A DNA stretch of 64,000 bases from the human T2T-CHM13v2.0 reference genome, Homo sapiens (GCF_009914755.1 NC_060926.1); one strand, 5' to 3'. Positions 1 to 12,986 are shown, counted from the stretch's first letter. Notes: generated from the letters alone by a model not told the origin. Numbers and translations: made by a program.

Positions 1-90
1 AATGCTCCATTTGTACCATGTTTCTTTATCCGTTCATCCGGCTCATTAGCACTGATGGATAGGCAGGCTGCTTCCTTATTGTAATGAATG
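1..90 (-). mobile_element. Old L1 (L1M) 3' region fragment, truncated by window edge
   Basis: 'taccatgtttctttatccgttcatcc...gatggataggcaggctgcttcc' resembles the antisense L1M 3' motif 'ttctttatccattcatc..gatggacacttaggttgcttcc'. Confidence 0.5.
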
Positions 91-348
91 TCCCAATCAT
101 CTTCAGCTTGCCATGCCCCAGAAGAACTGGATAAAGACTTTCCTGTGTACGGCAAATAAGGAAGCTCCAAGCACTGCTAGGGAAGTGTCAAAGGCAGGGG
201 CCAGAGGAGGCTTCCTCCGGGCAGGACAGATGAAAAAAGGGAACTGCAGTGGGTAGAAGCATCAACTATGTTAGCCACGTGCGAGTTCACATGACACAAG
301 AAGACAACCTCACCCCCATTCCTTTGCAAAACACTATGAACCAATGCT

Positions 349-651
349 GTTTTTGTTTGTTTGTTTGTTTGTTTGTTTTGAGACCGAGTCTCGCTCTGTC
401 ACCCAGGCTGGAGTGACCATCTCGGCTCACTGCAACCTCCGCCTCCCGGGTTCAAGCGATTCTCCTGCCTCAGCCTCCTGAGTAGCTGGGATTACTGGTG
501 CCGCCACCATGCCCAGCTAATTTTTGTATTTTTAGTAGAGACGGGGTTTCTCCATGTTGGTCAGGCTGGTCTCGAACTCCTGACCTTGTGATCCGCCCTC
601 CTCAGCCTCCCAAAGTGCTGGGATTACAGGCTTGAGCCACCGCACCTGGCC
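349..651 (-). mobile_element. Full-length AluS (Sg/Sc-like) with (TTTG)n tail
   Basis: Complete antisense Alu body; 'ctgaccttgtgatcc' 2-bp deletion class; flanking direct repeat ccaatgc at 341-347 and 652-658. Confidence 0.95.
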
Positions 652-1296
652 CCAATGCATTTTTCTAAAAATTGGTAACTAAAATAAAATTAATGAAATG
701 TCTAGTGTATGAAAAATTTACATAGATTTTCCAAAAGATTATAAAATTGTCCTTCTAGAATTTAGTCTGAAAATCTGGTGGGTACGAGGTGAGTTCAAAG
801 TGCCTTAATAAAGTATGTGAACACCAGAAACCACCCTGAGGAAGACCAGAACATTAGAGGGGTGTGCAGGCAGGAGGTGTCTCTGGCATCGTCACCCAAA
901 AAAATGAACGAAGCTGCACACGTTGCTGAGTAAGGAGTGTGCTTGGGGCTCAGGAAATACAGTTGGCATTCCTACCTCCAGAAACTCCACATCCTCAGAG
1001 GCAGATGAAATGGAAGGTAAACAGCACTAAGGAAGAAGCACCCATGGGGACATACTCATCGGCTCTGAAACTCTGAGGATTTCTGTAGCTGTGTGGATCC
1101 CAACAGTGTTCAACACACATCCAGCAGCCATCAAAGAAACTAAGGAGCTTTTAAGAAGGAAAACCTAATCTTTAGAAGGCAAATGCTGTTAATAAGCAGG
1201 GAGGCATTTCATCTTTTATCTATGTTTTTCACACGCTCCTGAACTGAGGTTCTGTAATGTAACTTCCTGTGCCGAATTAATATCACAATGACTAGG

Positions 1297-1315
1297 AGCC
1301 GGCAGAGGGCAGGGC
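1297..1315 (+). promoter_or_regulatory. Candidate CTCF binding site
   Basis: CCGGCAGAGGGCAG matches the CTCF core CCASCAGRGGGCRS at all but one position; motif evidence only. Confidence 0.4.
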
Positions 1316-1460
1316 TCAAGGCTGCCACATAAAACCAGACATATGGCACAAACCGCAGCAGCACTGCCCACAGAAACTGTGTCTGTGCCGACAGAAGTCA
1401 GAGAACCACACGATACCTAGGCTGAAAGGGAACTCCGATATCATGCTGAATGAACACAGC

Positions 1461-1572
1461 CCCTTCATTTCACAAATGAGGAAACTGAGGCCCAGTGAAG
1501 CCACTGACTTTTCCAAGTTCAAACAGCTCATTAGCGCTGATGTCCAGAATGAATGGAGCCTCCTGACTCCCA
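1461..1572 (-). mobile_element. MIR SINE fragment
   Basis: MIR core 'catttcacaaatgaggaaactgaggccca...gacttttccaagttcaaacagct'. Confidence 0.85.
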
Positions 1573-1699
1573 TAACAGCCCCCTGCTTTGAAAGAGAAAA
1601 TTCCAAGTTGCATCTTCAAAGCCAATTTGAAGCCACTACCTACTTTTCACATGTTAACACAAGAGCTCAAGGCCCTTAATGAGATAAAGAGATAATCAG

Positions 1700-3361
1700 G
1701 GCAAAATGAAGGGAGGGAGGCATATTCGCGACTGCCAACTGCAGCCACGGGTGTGCTGCCTGCTGGAAGGGATTACCAGGCAAAAGGCTTACAGGAATTC
1801 AAAGGAGATCAGAGCCTTTGTGAGCATGAATAGTAGCTCCAGTCAGCCCGGCTAAAGGGCGAACAATGCCCTGCCTGGGGGACATAATCTGATCCCCAGC
1901 TGGAGGAGGAGGAGGTTTCCAGGGCTGCATAAGCAGTACCTTAAGATGGGACTATTTTTAGAGCCCGCAGCCATCTCTGAGTCTGGCAGGAGCTGAGCAG
2001 GATGGATGAGGACAAATGACAGCCTCACTGGGCGCTCACCTGATGCAGGTACGCCTCGGGGTGCACAACAGGATGTCTGAAGATCTGGGCCTAAAAATAC
2101 CTTCCTCGATGGCCTTTTAAATGCCTTAGGGATGGCACCATGTACAGATTGCATCGCCTGAGTGTGCAGGGGCAGAGACTGATTGCAGAAGGCGGCAAGG
2201 CTGATGAGCAAGACAAGGATGACACCAACTCTCTTATCCTCCAGGCACTGGTGAGGGGCACCCGCGCCTCTGACAAGCTCTGCTGGCCAGGAGGCAGCAG
2301 GAGGTGGTGCCAGCATCACAACAGGCTGCTGCCCCAACAGGAAGGGGGTGCTGAGAAGTGGAGGTGTCAGGGGCTCGCTGGCCGTGAGCTCCAGAGACAC
2401 AGTGGGCACAAGCATGATGTGCCAATCAGAGCAGTCTAGCCCAGATGGAGCTGCAGCAGAGGCCAAGAGAGAAAAAGACAGGCAGGCTGCTCAGCCCCTA
2501 CTCCACATGCCAGAAAGGCTCAGGACAGACAGAAAGCTGGCCCGATGACCACCGTGCAGAGGCGTGGCCTCTCTCGGCTCTTCACCTAAGCCAGCTCACA
2601 GGCCTATGGCCCCTCAGTTTAGGGGAACCCAGGTCCCCTTGGGGAAGGACCCGTGGCTATTTTATAGGAGAGCTGACCATGGGGAGAGGGAACTACCCCC
2701 ACACCCTGAATCAATGCCAGTCCTACTGGACCCAACACATCACAGGATCTACGGCCAAGCAGGGACCCGGAAGCTGTGGCCCAAGTCCACCTCAGAGGGC
2801 CCAGTGGGGTCAGTGTATCCAACCTGCGGTTATTTCTCCAATCCCTGTATGTGTGTTGGAATAGGCAGACCTAGCACTGGCAGGACGACCACAGAGCACT
2901 CACTCCATGGCTACAGAGCCAATGATGACAGGAAGGACCAGAGGGATGCCCCGGGACATTCCCTCACCTGTGAAAATAGTCAACCAAAAGCAACACTGCA
3001 GTGTTGGTGGGATGGAGAGTTAGGAGCACCATGGAGGCTGTGAAAGGTGCTGGGTGCTGCCTTTTACCACACCCCACTAAACCCAGCTGTTTGGCCTGCG
3101 TCGCAGCAGCGGGTTCTTGGAGAATGACAGTGCATGATCATAAACTTAATCAGGCGGGCAACCCCAACTGCAGCTATTTCAGATACGCTGTTGTCACAGA
3201 GCATGTCTATACAAGAATGCAGGCCCTGGCTTCTGATATAAAGATTGAGCTAGCAATTTGGTCTCACACCGCCAATTTGAAGGGCCACCAGAAGCTATTT
3301 GCTGTTGCCTGGCAAGGCCAGCAGTGCCTGTTCACGTCCTGCTGCAGACCTACATCAAGAC
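1700..3361 (+). mobile_element. Degraded ERVL (class III ERV) internal region: gag-protease-RT 5' part
   Basis: ORF 3001-3423 reads GSWRMTVHDHKLNQ...GHQKLFAVAWQGQQCLFT versus ERVL RT GSWRMTVDYxKLNQ...HQKQFAFSWQGQQYTFT; 'PAVISPIPVCVL' near 2822-2858 matches protease 'PVVISPVPECII'. 5' boundary approximate. Confidence 0.8.
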
Positions 3362-3550
3362 TCAGGCCTGGGGCCAACATGCTGTGCCCATCGGGCACAT
3401 CTAGCCTGCACCCCATGAGCTAAGAGTGGTTCTGCATTTTTAAAGGGACATAAAAGGACACAGAGAAGAATATGAGACAGAGACCGAATGGCCTACAAAG
3501 CCTAAAATATTTACTCTCTGGCCCTTTAAGGAAGAAATCGGCTGGCTCCA
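3362..3550 (+). mobile_element. MER58 (MER58C-like) hAT-Charlie non-autonomous transposon inserted in ERVL pol
   Basis: 'gagctaagagtggttctgcatttttaaagg...gacagagaccgaatggcctacaaagcctaaaatatttactctctggccctttaag' is MER58-family sequence. Confidence 0.8.
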
Positions 3551-3556
3551 TCTACC

Positions 3557-4291
3557 TGTGCCAGTGACCCACTTGCCACCTCAGGTGCTGAAGGCGCCCT
3601 GCAGACCGTGCCCTGTGTAGCGCACAGACTGTTTGGCTGCTGTCCTTGGAGGTGAGCCCCCGTTCTCAGCCGAAAGCCCTGGAAGGAGACTGCAAGAGGC
3701 AGGGGCTTCCACGCCATGGTCCTGGAGTGGTTGTGAGTGTGTGCAGGGAAGCGTGGCCCCAGCACTGGGCCCTTGGTCCCTCTGTGACCCCACCACCTCA
3801 GCCTGGTGATAGCCTTTCCATGGGCCTCTCAATCCAGAGACTGGCACCCCAAGGCTTCCTGCCCACACCAGCTCCGGGAGGCCTGGGGCCCGCGCCAGCA
3901 TCCTGGTTCCCTCTGAAGGCACCTGTGGGGCCTATCTGCACCCTGTCTATAGCCCAGAGGGTTCCCACACCCTCTGCACTCTCTGGGCACAGCATGCCAT
4001 CAGCTGTGACCGCCCACTCCCCACCTGCACTCCAGAGGGCAGCCTCCTGCCAATCCAGCGACTGTGGACCAGCTCCAGCCTGGCCAAAGCAGCCACCTCT
4101 GCTGCACAGTGGGCCGAGGTCTGCGTCCCTCCAAGATGTTCCTTCCTGGGCTGTTCTTGCTCAGTCCTGGTGACCTGAGGGAGTTTCTTCACATCTGACG
4201 CCTGTGACTCTTCTACCACACTTAGCGCTTCTTTATACTAAACTTCCCTGTTTAACCTGCTCTGTTTCCACTTCCTGCCCAGACCAATACA
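3557..4291 (+). mobile_element. Old ERVL-class solo LTR (LTR41/LTR33-like; family uncertain)
   Basis: TG...CA ends; 3' end 'ctttatactaaacttccctgtttaa...ttcctgcccagaccaataca' resembles LTR41-type termini; ERVL pol homology resumes right after it. Confidence 0.5.
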
Positions 4292-5995
4292 GCCTGACCT
4301 CATCCACAAAGACCTCAATCACAGGGACAGAAAGCACACTAGGACAGCGCGCGCAAGGGGCCTGTTGACCAGGAAGCTTTGGGCACCTCAGATACCCAAA
4401 CAACACAAGTGCACAGGGGTGGGAAGTAAGCCGGCTCCCCTTGGCTCGGAGAGGCTTCAAGCTCCGGTGATGTGGAGCAGGTGGGGGCATCTTCACCAAC
4501 ACGAGGCCGACTTTGGTGGGGCTTTTTGAATCTGGGAGGTAACATATGATACAAAGCCTACCTATGTCATATGGCAGGCTGTGAAGACCTGCATGGCCAC
4601 TGGCACCCACAGTGTCAGGGGTGAACAAGCAGGCTGTGTGGGGCCTCTGGGAGGCCCACGGGAGAATCACAGGCCAGCTGCTGAGGTGTGGGAGGAAAGC
4701 AGTGTCCCTTCTGCAGGTAACTTCTCTCCTATCCGGACACAGTTCCTGGCTTCCCCATCTACTCCATCATGTGGGCATGCTGTACACTGAGCACTGCACA
4801 TCCAAAAATGCGTGTGGTCTGATCATCAAGCCTTAAGCACAGACAGAAGCAGCAGCCACACTCAATCATCACACTCAATCATCGCACTCAATCATCGCAC
4901 TCAGTCATCGCACTCAGTCATCGCACTCAGTCATGGCACTCAGTCATGGCACTCAGTCATCGCACTCAGTCATCGCACTCAGTCATCGCACTCAATCATC
5001 ATCACACTCAGTCATCGCACTCAGTCATCGCACTCAATCATCGCACTCAGTCATCGCACTCAGTCATCGCACTCAATCATCGCACTCAATCATCACACTC
5101 AATCATCACCACACTCAATCATCACCACACTCAGTCATCGCACTCAGTCATCGCACTCAATCATCGCACTCAATCATCGCACTCAATCATCATCACACTC
5201 AATCATCGCACTCAGTCATCGCACTCAGTCATCGCACTCAGTCATCGCACTCAGTCATCGCACTCAATCATCGCACTCAATCGCACTCAATCATCACAAT
5301 CATCGCACTCAATCATCACACTCAATCATCACACTCAATCATCACACTCAATCATCGCAATCATCGCACTCAATCATCACACTCAATCATCGCACTCAAT
5401 CATCACACTCAATCATCGCACTCAGTCATTGCGTGGAAATCTCGCTTCGTCCAAACAAAATTGTGTTCAAGCAGGTCCTGAGGCACAGGCAGATGGCACA
5501 ACTAGAGGCAGCAGATCCCTCTGCCCTTGGCGCAGCTGCATTGCCTCTGTTCTCCTGGGAAGCTCCCCAGCACGCGAATGAAGAGGAGCACCATCCCTCA
5601 GCTTGGGAGCACCAGCCCTTGGCTTGCACACAGCACTGCCTCATGAGCTGCAGCCACGGTAGGTGCTCCATGAAGAAATGTCTCTGACAACAACTGGTAA
5701 GGAGAAATCATACCAGGAGGCAAAACTCTGAGCAGGACACTTGGCTGTCCACATTGTCCAGATGGGCAGATGGGCAGAGATATGGATCTTTATTGATTTA
5801 GAGGCAGTAGCCTCCATTTTGCCCATATAACCAGGACTTGGAAAGCACAAAGCAGGGGTGAAACAAGGAGGGGATGTCAGGGCTCAGGCTGAGCAGAGTG
5901 CAAGCCCATCTGTGCCCACACGGGTGCTCGCTGCAGGGTCTCAGTTCCAAAGAGTCTCTCAGAAGACCTGCTCCATGGATGCCAACACTCCCGCA
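4292..5995 (+). mobile_element. Degraded ERVL pol (RT thumb, connection, RNase H), split by a minisatellite
   Basis: Motifs collinear with ERVL pol: 'ggtggggctttttgaatctgggagg', 'tctgcaggtaacttctctcct', 'caagcaggtcctgaggcacag', 'gagaaatcataccaggaggcaaaactctgagcaggacacttggctgtccac', 'caggacttggaaag'. Confidence 0.75.
4857..5430. repeat. 13-bp minisatellite (CACTCA[A/G]TCATCG)n, ~43 copies
   Basis: Directly visible tandem array with A/G and G/A variants and occasional ATC insertions. Confidence 0.97.
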
Positions 5996-6167
5996 GAGGG
6001 CCTGGGGTGTGTCAGCGTGTGCCAGTGTGTGCTCTGCGGGGTACCTCCTCCAAGCTCCAGGTTCATTACCTTTTCCTTTTGCGTCTCCATGCGGCGGTGG
6101 TAGCTGCTTCCCATGGTAACTAAGATCTGTGTTTCCTCCCTGGATGAAATCCCCTCTTTCTGAAACA
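5996..6167 (+). mobile_element. ERVL-class LTR 3' fragment (LTR33/LTR41/LTR50-like), continuing after Tigger1 at ~8574-8605
   Basis: 'ggtggtagctgcttccc...tgaaatcccctctttctgaaa' joined to 'tctagagtggtttcttgaccctgactgaca' rebuilds the typical '...gaccctgactgataca' LTR end. Confidence 0.45.
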
Positions 6168-8573
6168 CAGGCACACTTATTGCAGGCTTGGTTCTAGACC
6201 ACCACAATAACATTAATATTGCAAAAAGAGAGTCATATTAATTTTTTGGTTTCCTAGTGCATGTAAAAGTTATGCTGACACTATAATGCAGTCAAGTAAG
6301 TGTCCAATAACATTATGTCTAAAAAACTACTGGGAATATCTTGATTTTAAAATACTTTATTGCTAAAGAATACTAACAATCACCTGAGCCTTCAGGGAGT
6401 TGTCATCTTTTTGCTGGTGGAGGGTTTTGCCTTAATGGCAAAACTGATGGCAGCTAACTGCTCAGGGTGGTGGCTACTGAAGGATGGAGTGGCAATGGCA
6501 GTTTCTTAGATAACAATGAAGTTTCTGCATCTATTGACTCTTCTTTTCATGAAAGATTTCTCTAGCATGTGATGCTATTTGACAGCACTTTATGCACAGT
6601 AGAACTTCTTTCAAAATTGGAGTCAGTCCTTTAAAACCCTAACACTGCTTTATCAACTGGGCTTATGGAATATTCTAAATCCTATGTTATTATTTCAACA
6701 GTGTTCACAGCATCTTCACCAGGAGTAGATTCCATCTCAAGAAACCACTTGCTTTGCTCATCCTTAAGAAGCAATTTCTCATCCATTCGAGATTGATCAT
6801 GAGATTGTAGCAATTCAGTCCCATCTTCAGGCTCCACTTCTAATTCAAGTTCTCTTGCTATTTCTACCACAACTGCAGTTACTTTCTCCATGCAAGTCTT
6901 GAACCCCTCAAAGTCATCCACAAGGGTTAGAGTCAACTTCCCCCATTAACTTCCTATTAATGTCAATATTCTGACCACCTCCTATAAATCGCAAATGTTC
7001 TTAATGGCATCTAGAATGGTGAATCCTTTCTAGGTTTTCAATTTACTATGCCAAGACCCATCAGAGGAATCACTATCAGTGGCAACGACAGCCTTAAGAC
7101 ATGTATTTCTTAAATAATAAGACTTGAAAGTTGAAATTACTCCTTGATCCATAGGCTGCAAAATGAATCTTGTGCTAGCAGGCATGAAAACAACATTTGT
7201 TTCTTTGGTACCTCCCCTTCAGAGCTCTTGGGTGACTAGGTGCATTGCCAATGGGGAGTAATTTTCAAAAGAGTCTGTCTCTGAGCAGTAGGTCTCAACA
7301 GGGGGCTTAAAACATTCACTAAACCATGCTATGAACAGATGTGCTGTCATCCAGGCTTTATTGTTCCATTTACAGAGACTAGGCAGGGTACATTTAGCAT
7401 CATTCTTAAGAGGCCTAGGTTTTTCAGAATGGTAAATGAGCATTGGCTTCAACTTAAAAGTCAACAACTCCATTAGCCCCTAATGAGAGAGTCAGCCTGT
7501 CCATTAAAGCTTTGAAGCCAAGCTTTGACTTCTCCTCTTTTGCTATGAAAGTCCTAGATGACTTATACTCTTCAAATATAAGGGTATTTCATTGACACTG
7601 AATATCTGTTGTTTAGTGTTCTGAAGTGTTCCCCCTTCATCAATGATCTTAGGCAGATCTGGAGAACTTGCTGCAGCTTCTCCATCAGCACTTGCTGCTT
7701 CACCTTGTACTCTTACGCTATGGAGATGACCTCTTTCCTCCAACCTCGTGAACCAACCTCTGCTAGCTCCCAACTTTTCTTCTGCAGCTTTCTCACTCCT
7801 CTCAGCCTTCATGGAATAAAGAGTGAGGGTCTTGCTCCGGATTAGGCTTTGGCTTAAAAGAATGTTGTGCATGATTTGGATCATCTATCCAGACCACTAA
7901 AATTTTCTCCATTATCAGCAAGAAGGCTGTTTGGCTTTCTTATCATTTGTGTGTTCACTGGAGTAGCACTTTTAATTTCCTTCAAGAACTTTCCCTTTGC
8001 ATTCACAACTTGGCCAACTGGTGTGCAAGGCCCGGCTCTTGGTCTACTTCAGCTTTTGGCTGAAACTTGCCTTCCTCACTAAGCTTAATCATTTCTAGCT
8101 TTTGATTTAAAGTGAGAGATATTCCTTTCATTGAACACTCAGAGGCCATTATAGGGTTATTAATTGGCCTGACTTCAATAACGTTGTTCTCAGGGAACAG
8201 AGAGGCCTGAGGAAAGAGAGAGATGAGGAAACTGCCGGTTGATGGAGCATTCAAAACACACATTTACAGATTCACTTTGCCATCTTACATGGGCATGGTT
8301 CGTGGAGCCCCAAAACAATTACAATAGGAACATCAAAGAACACTGACCACAGAGCACCATAACAGATATAATAATGATGAAAAAATTTGAAATATTGTGA
8401 GATTATCAAAATGTGCCACAGAGTGGGACGTGCTGTTAAAGCTGGCACATGTAATTGAAAAAATGGGCCAATAGATTTGATGGACACAGGGTTGCCGCAA
8501 ACCTTCAATTTGCAAAAGATACAACATCTGAGAAGCACAATAAAGCCCAGTGCAATACGATGAGGTGCGTCTG
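6168..8573 (-). mobile_element. Full-length Tigger1 (TcMar/pogo) DNA transposon with disrupted transposase
   Basis: 2406 bp; TIR-like ends caggcacac... and ...gaggtgcgtctg followed by TA; minus-strand ORF pieces 8003-8263 (LNQKLEMIKLSEEG), 7543-7884 (ASRGWFTR...VQGEAASAD), 7219-7473 ([11 protein letters not shown]...[12 protein letters not shown]), 6682-6936 (LELEVEPED). Confidence 0.97.
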
Positions 8574-8664
8574 TATCTAGAGTGGTTTCTTGACCCTGAC
8601 TGACAAACTCTCCTAGAATCTACACCAATGGCGACATCACCCACTGACATGAGTAATTCAGAGA

Positions 8665-8780
8665 ACACAGTTTAGACTGTGCTGCTTTTGAGATGTCAAG
8701 AGCTATCTACGCGAAAACAGCTACTAGGCGGTTTGATATTGTTATGTGAAGCCCAGGGATGGAAGTAAAGGTTTGAGATT
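8665..8780 (-). mobile_element. L2 fragment
   Basis: 'tttagactgtgctgcttttgagatg...ctaggcggtttgatat...gaagcccagggatgg' follows the antisense L2 pattern. Confidence 0.55.
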
Positions 8781-8829
8781 ATTTTACTTTACAGTATCTT
8801 TATTCACATTCTCTTTCATGTATCAATAG

Positions 8830-11290
8830 ATTCTAGGACTTTGGATTCTAGCAATACAGCTAATTCTGAAAAAACAAAATCATGCCTCTCTAAAATACTT
8901 AGATATATTTTTGAAGGCATAGCTGTGCTTTCAGGGAAGTGAAGAATACGACTGGGAGCAAATAGTAAAGCTGTTGTTGAAAACAAAATGATAAACCACG
9001 GTTAGCTACCCTTCATGCTTGGCCTCTGCTAGGAACCTAAAGGCCACAGATAGAACGGGAAAGTAAGCTTTTGGCCCACAAAAGGTAAAGAGGAGATACT
9101 AGGACCTCTGCAAAAACACAGGCTCCTTAAAACCCACAACCTCATTACACGAATGAGCTAGAAAACATTATTCTCCAGCTGGCATGCATAGAAAAATGTC
9201 ACACACACGCAAAAAAAAACCCACTTGTTTATCTCAGCTATGGCTCTTATAAAAAATAAGAATCTACACTGAGAACCTGAAAACTGCACTGATCCTTACA
9301 AAAGTTTGACTTTGAATTTACTGGTGTGGTCCAGGAAATCCTAAGCCAAGAATCTAACTTAAAGAAGTCCTGGGTTTTGGGCCGCCCTGGACATTTTCCA
9401 TAAACAAATGAGAATCGTCTCTGGAGGAATGCACCCACAGGCCAGCCCCTTGGAGGCCCCACCGACTTAGGGCAGCCTGATAGGAGCCTGTGACCCACGA
9501 CAAACCCATGAAGACAGTGGCCTGAATGAGGGCAGGCCAAGAGAACAGAGCATTCCAATGACTTCAGATACTATAATCGCAATGTTCGAAGAAATAAAAG
9601 CTGGATTATGAGCAGGCAACAAAAGACTATCACAATTTACCAGGAATCTTCTTAAAAAAAATAATAAAGCATCTAGAAGTAAAAATCATGACTGTTGAAA
9701 TAGAAGTCTCTGTTGGCAATTTAACAGCAGATTAGAAATAACTGGTGAGAATTAATCATTTGGAATAAAGATGTGAAGAAAGAACCTAGGACGCAGCAGA
9801 GACTGCAGCGTGGGAATGTGGGAGATAGACTGAGAGGGTCCACTGTACCCTTAAGTGGGGTGCACAGGAAAAACAGAAAACAGCAGGCACAATATCAATA
9901 AACAAATTATCAGACTCAGGAGCACAACTATCTCCAAGTACCATAATTAAAAATATATCCACTCCTGGACACACTGTAGCACAAATGCAGAACACCAAAG
10001 ACAAAGACAGAAACTTACAGGTTGCCAGTGCTATGAACAGTTGGGCAGCTGACTTCCCAAGAGCACCAAAGGAATCCAGAGACAGCACACAACAAAATGC
10101 TAGAAAAAAAGTCAGGGCAGAACTGTTCAGTCAGCTAAATACTCAAAAATAAAGGCATGTTAAGGTAAATCAAGCCATGAGACCCTACTTGGGGTATAAA
10201 TAAAATATTTTTAAAACCATGAGAATTTACCTCCAAAAGCCTCACTAAGGGAACTTCTAAGGACATATTTGGAAAATAAAGAAAGTGATCCCAGAAGAAA
10301 GGTCTCAAATTCGAAGTTAAAAAAAAAAAATTAAGCGAAATAAATGGCAAAAATCTAGAAAACATCTAAATATGTGTGACACTAATGATAATAACAATAT
10401 TTACTTTTGAGGTTAATAAAAATACCCAAAGGTAAAATTAAAATACTGGCCAACAAAGTATCTAAGATAGAAGGGAGATGAAAATAGATTTAAAAGCTTT
10501 TCATATTGTTGGAATAGAGAAATACTGAATATTTAATTTCAGATTTCATGTTAAATATGAATAACAACATGTTATCAGTAGAAAAAGAGCATATAACTTC
10601 TAAAATAATACAGTAAGAGAAATGGAGCAAAAACAAGATTCAAAATCATTTATGAGAACAAGAAAGGACCAAAACCCCCCAAAACAGCATAAAGTAAGAT
10701 GAAAGAAAGTTGTACCAAAAAAAAAGTATAAAATAAGATGACAGGAATTATTACAAATAGATCAGTATTCACAATAACTATAAGGGACATCAGCTGGATA
10801 TTGTTAGACTGAATTTTTTAAAAATCAGCAAAACATTGTTTACAAGACATATCCCTAAAACGTAATGACACAGGAAGGCAAAGAACAGAAAACACCACAC
10901 CAAGCAACAAAAGAAAAGCTGATTTAGCCATATTAATATTTGCCAAAATAGATCTGAGCAAAAGCAGTAAGGGTCACCACTGAACAATACAAAGGTTCAG
11001 AAACACAAAAAATTCTAAACTTATATGCCCTCAATAAAATTACACCAAAACACATAAAGCAAAAATTGACAGAACAAATAAAAATAGAGGAATCCAATAT
11101 CATAGTGGGAGACTTTAAATCTTTCAATAACTGATAGAACCAGTTAGAAAAAAATTAAAATAGCAAGGTTATAAAAGATTCAAACACAACATAATTTTTT
11201 TCTCAAGTGTAAATGCAACATAAAAATTAATCCATATGATATACCATTAAAAATCTCAATATATTTCAAAGAATTACTATTAAACAATCA
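8830..11290 (+). mobile_element. Old L1 (L1ME-type): 5' region, ORF1 and ORF2 endonuclease start, degenerate
   Basis: A-rich + strand; ORF1-like 'ttaacagcagattagaaataactggtgagaatt'; EN-like 'ttctaaacttatatgccctcaataa...gcaaaaattgacagaac...catagtgggagactttaa'. Confidence 0.85.
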
Positions 11291-11544
11291 TATTCCTTTT
11301 TTAACTGACATCCCCCTTTTATGGAAAAGAGACTCCATATCAACATCAGAATTTCTAAAAACCACCAAGAGAGAATAAAAGATTAGGAAAAAGTTGCATC
11401 TTCACAATAATACATCCTTGTGAGAGGCAGCAAACAATGGCTAAATGTGAAAAGGCAAAATTGAGGATGTGCTGAAATCCTACAGTACAAACACTACTAA
11501 GTTAAATTATCTAGCTGCCAAAGACTATACACTCAAGAAGATTA

Positions 11545-11675
11545 TTATAGAGGTTACAGGAGAAAATTGCTACCATGACAGCTGAGTAACTTGCCTCAGG
11601 TCCCACAACTGCTAATGGCAGAACAAAAAGAGAACTCAAGGCTTTGGACTCAAAGTCGACTGTATTTTTCTACTC
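11545..11675 (-). mobile_element. MIR fragment
   Basis: 'gagtaacttgcctcaggtcccacaactgctaatggcagaac...gactcaaagtc'. Confidence 0.65.
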
Positions 11676-12853
11676 TATTGCATCCAATGTACCAATAACC
11701 TTAAGCAAATAAGTATTTTAAAAATTTACAAAACAGTAGGGTAGGCAATGAAAGGACACCACTAAAGTGAAGAAACCATTCAATTTCATAGGCATTGCTA
11801 TGAAACACAGATAAATTGTCAAGATAAGTGTACTCGATTTTTAGAAATTACCATTTAGGGTGAAAATCAATCTAAAGTGGACTGTTTACTTCCTTGCTGT
11901 TGCAAATGCTATATCAAAAAACTTCTAAAAATTATTCTTTGACGATTTATTGGTAACATAATTAGCTATTCTGGTGCATAAATATTCATCTCCAGACAGA
12001 GAACGGATGATGTGGGAGCCCATGCTGAATAAATACTTTTATCCACAGCTCTGAAATTTCCTTTCATGAAAAATATTGCTTTTATAATTTTTTCTTATAA
12101 CATGTAAGAGATAAACTACAGCCAGTTTAGCTGCAGTCTTTCTGCAAGATTGCTCTTCTAACGTGGTCAGGAGTCCAGCCACCATGTTCTTTCCTGCTGC
12201 ACCCAGCACCCTTGGGCCACCACACAAAGCTGGGTGTCTTCCTGCTGGTTTGGGAGCACAGTGGCCCATGTGCCACTCGGTCTCATACTGTGGCCAGCTC
12301 AAGTCCACTACCTCCATGTCAACTGGTTTTGAAAAAGTATAAATATGGCTGCTCTTCCGCATCCCTAGAATTATGCTAGGATGCTTTGGAAAGGTTTCCT
12401 CTAGATCTACAGATGTAATTTACCAGCGGATGGCGTTTTCAGTGGATGTGCACTGGGTTCACAGTTTTCTCTAAGTTCTGGTTGTTTTAATAAGGAACAC
12501 AACTCTAAGCATGAGTAATATTAAAAATAATAGCATCCATATGATTAGGTTAAAATGCAAACACCTACAATGATAGATTAATTTACTGAAATTTCTAAAT
12601 TTACACTTTATGTTTTGAGTAATGCCTTAAACCATGAGACAAGTCACCAGGGAGCAAACCTGTTTGTCAGTTACGGGTACTGTGTAATCCAATACTCTAA
12701 TTAAAAACGTAAGAGAAAGAGAAGGTACCAGGAAAACTCGGGTGAATGTACGAGGAAGTCTCAGTAAAAACAAGTTATTCAAAAACCCTGCCCATTTAGA
12801 GGCAGGCAAAACAAAGTGCAATGTTGGGGGAGAAACCACAGAAATCCAGGAGC

Positions 12854-12986
12854 CTCTCCACCCACGCGGCCCCACACCTGTCTCCACCCACACGGCCCCG
12901 CACCTGTCTCCACCCACGCGGCCCCACACCTGTCTCCACCCACGCGGCCCCACACCTGTCTCCACTCACACGGCTCCACACGTGTC
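12854..12986. repeat. 26-bp minisatellite (CTGTCTCCACCCACGCGGCCCCACAC), ~5 copies
   Basis: Direct tandem repeat. Confidence 0.95.

Noticed and set aside
2961-3000. Minus-strand ttttcacAG|GTGAG recursive-splice-like motif
   Set aside because: Single motif inside decayed ERVL with no independent support.
6682-8263. Domesticated TIGD1-like transposase gene
   Set aside because: The ORF is broken into at least four pieces by stops and frameshifts; an ordinary decayed Tigger1.
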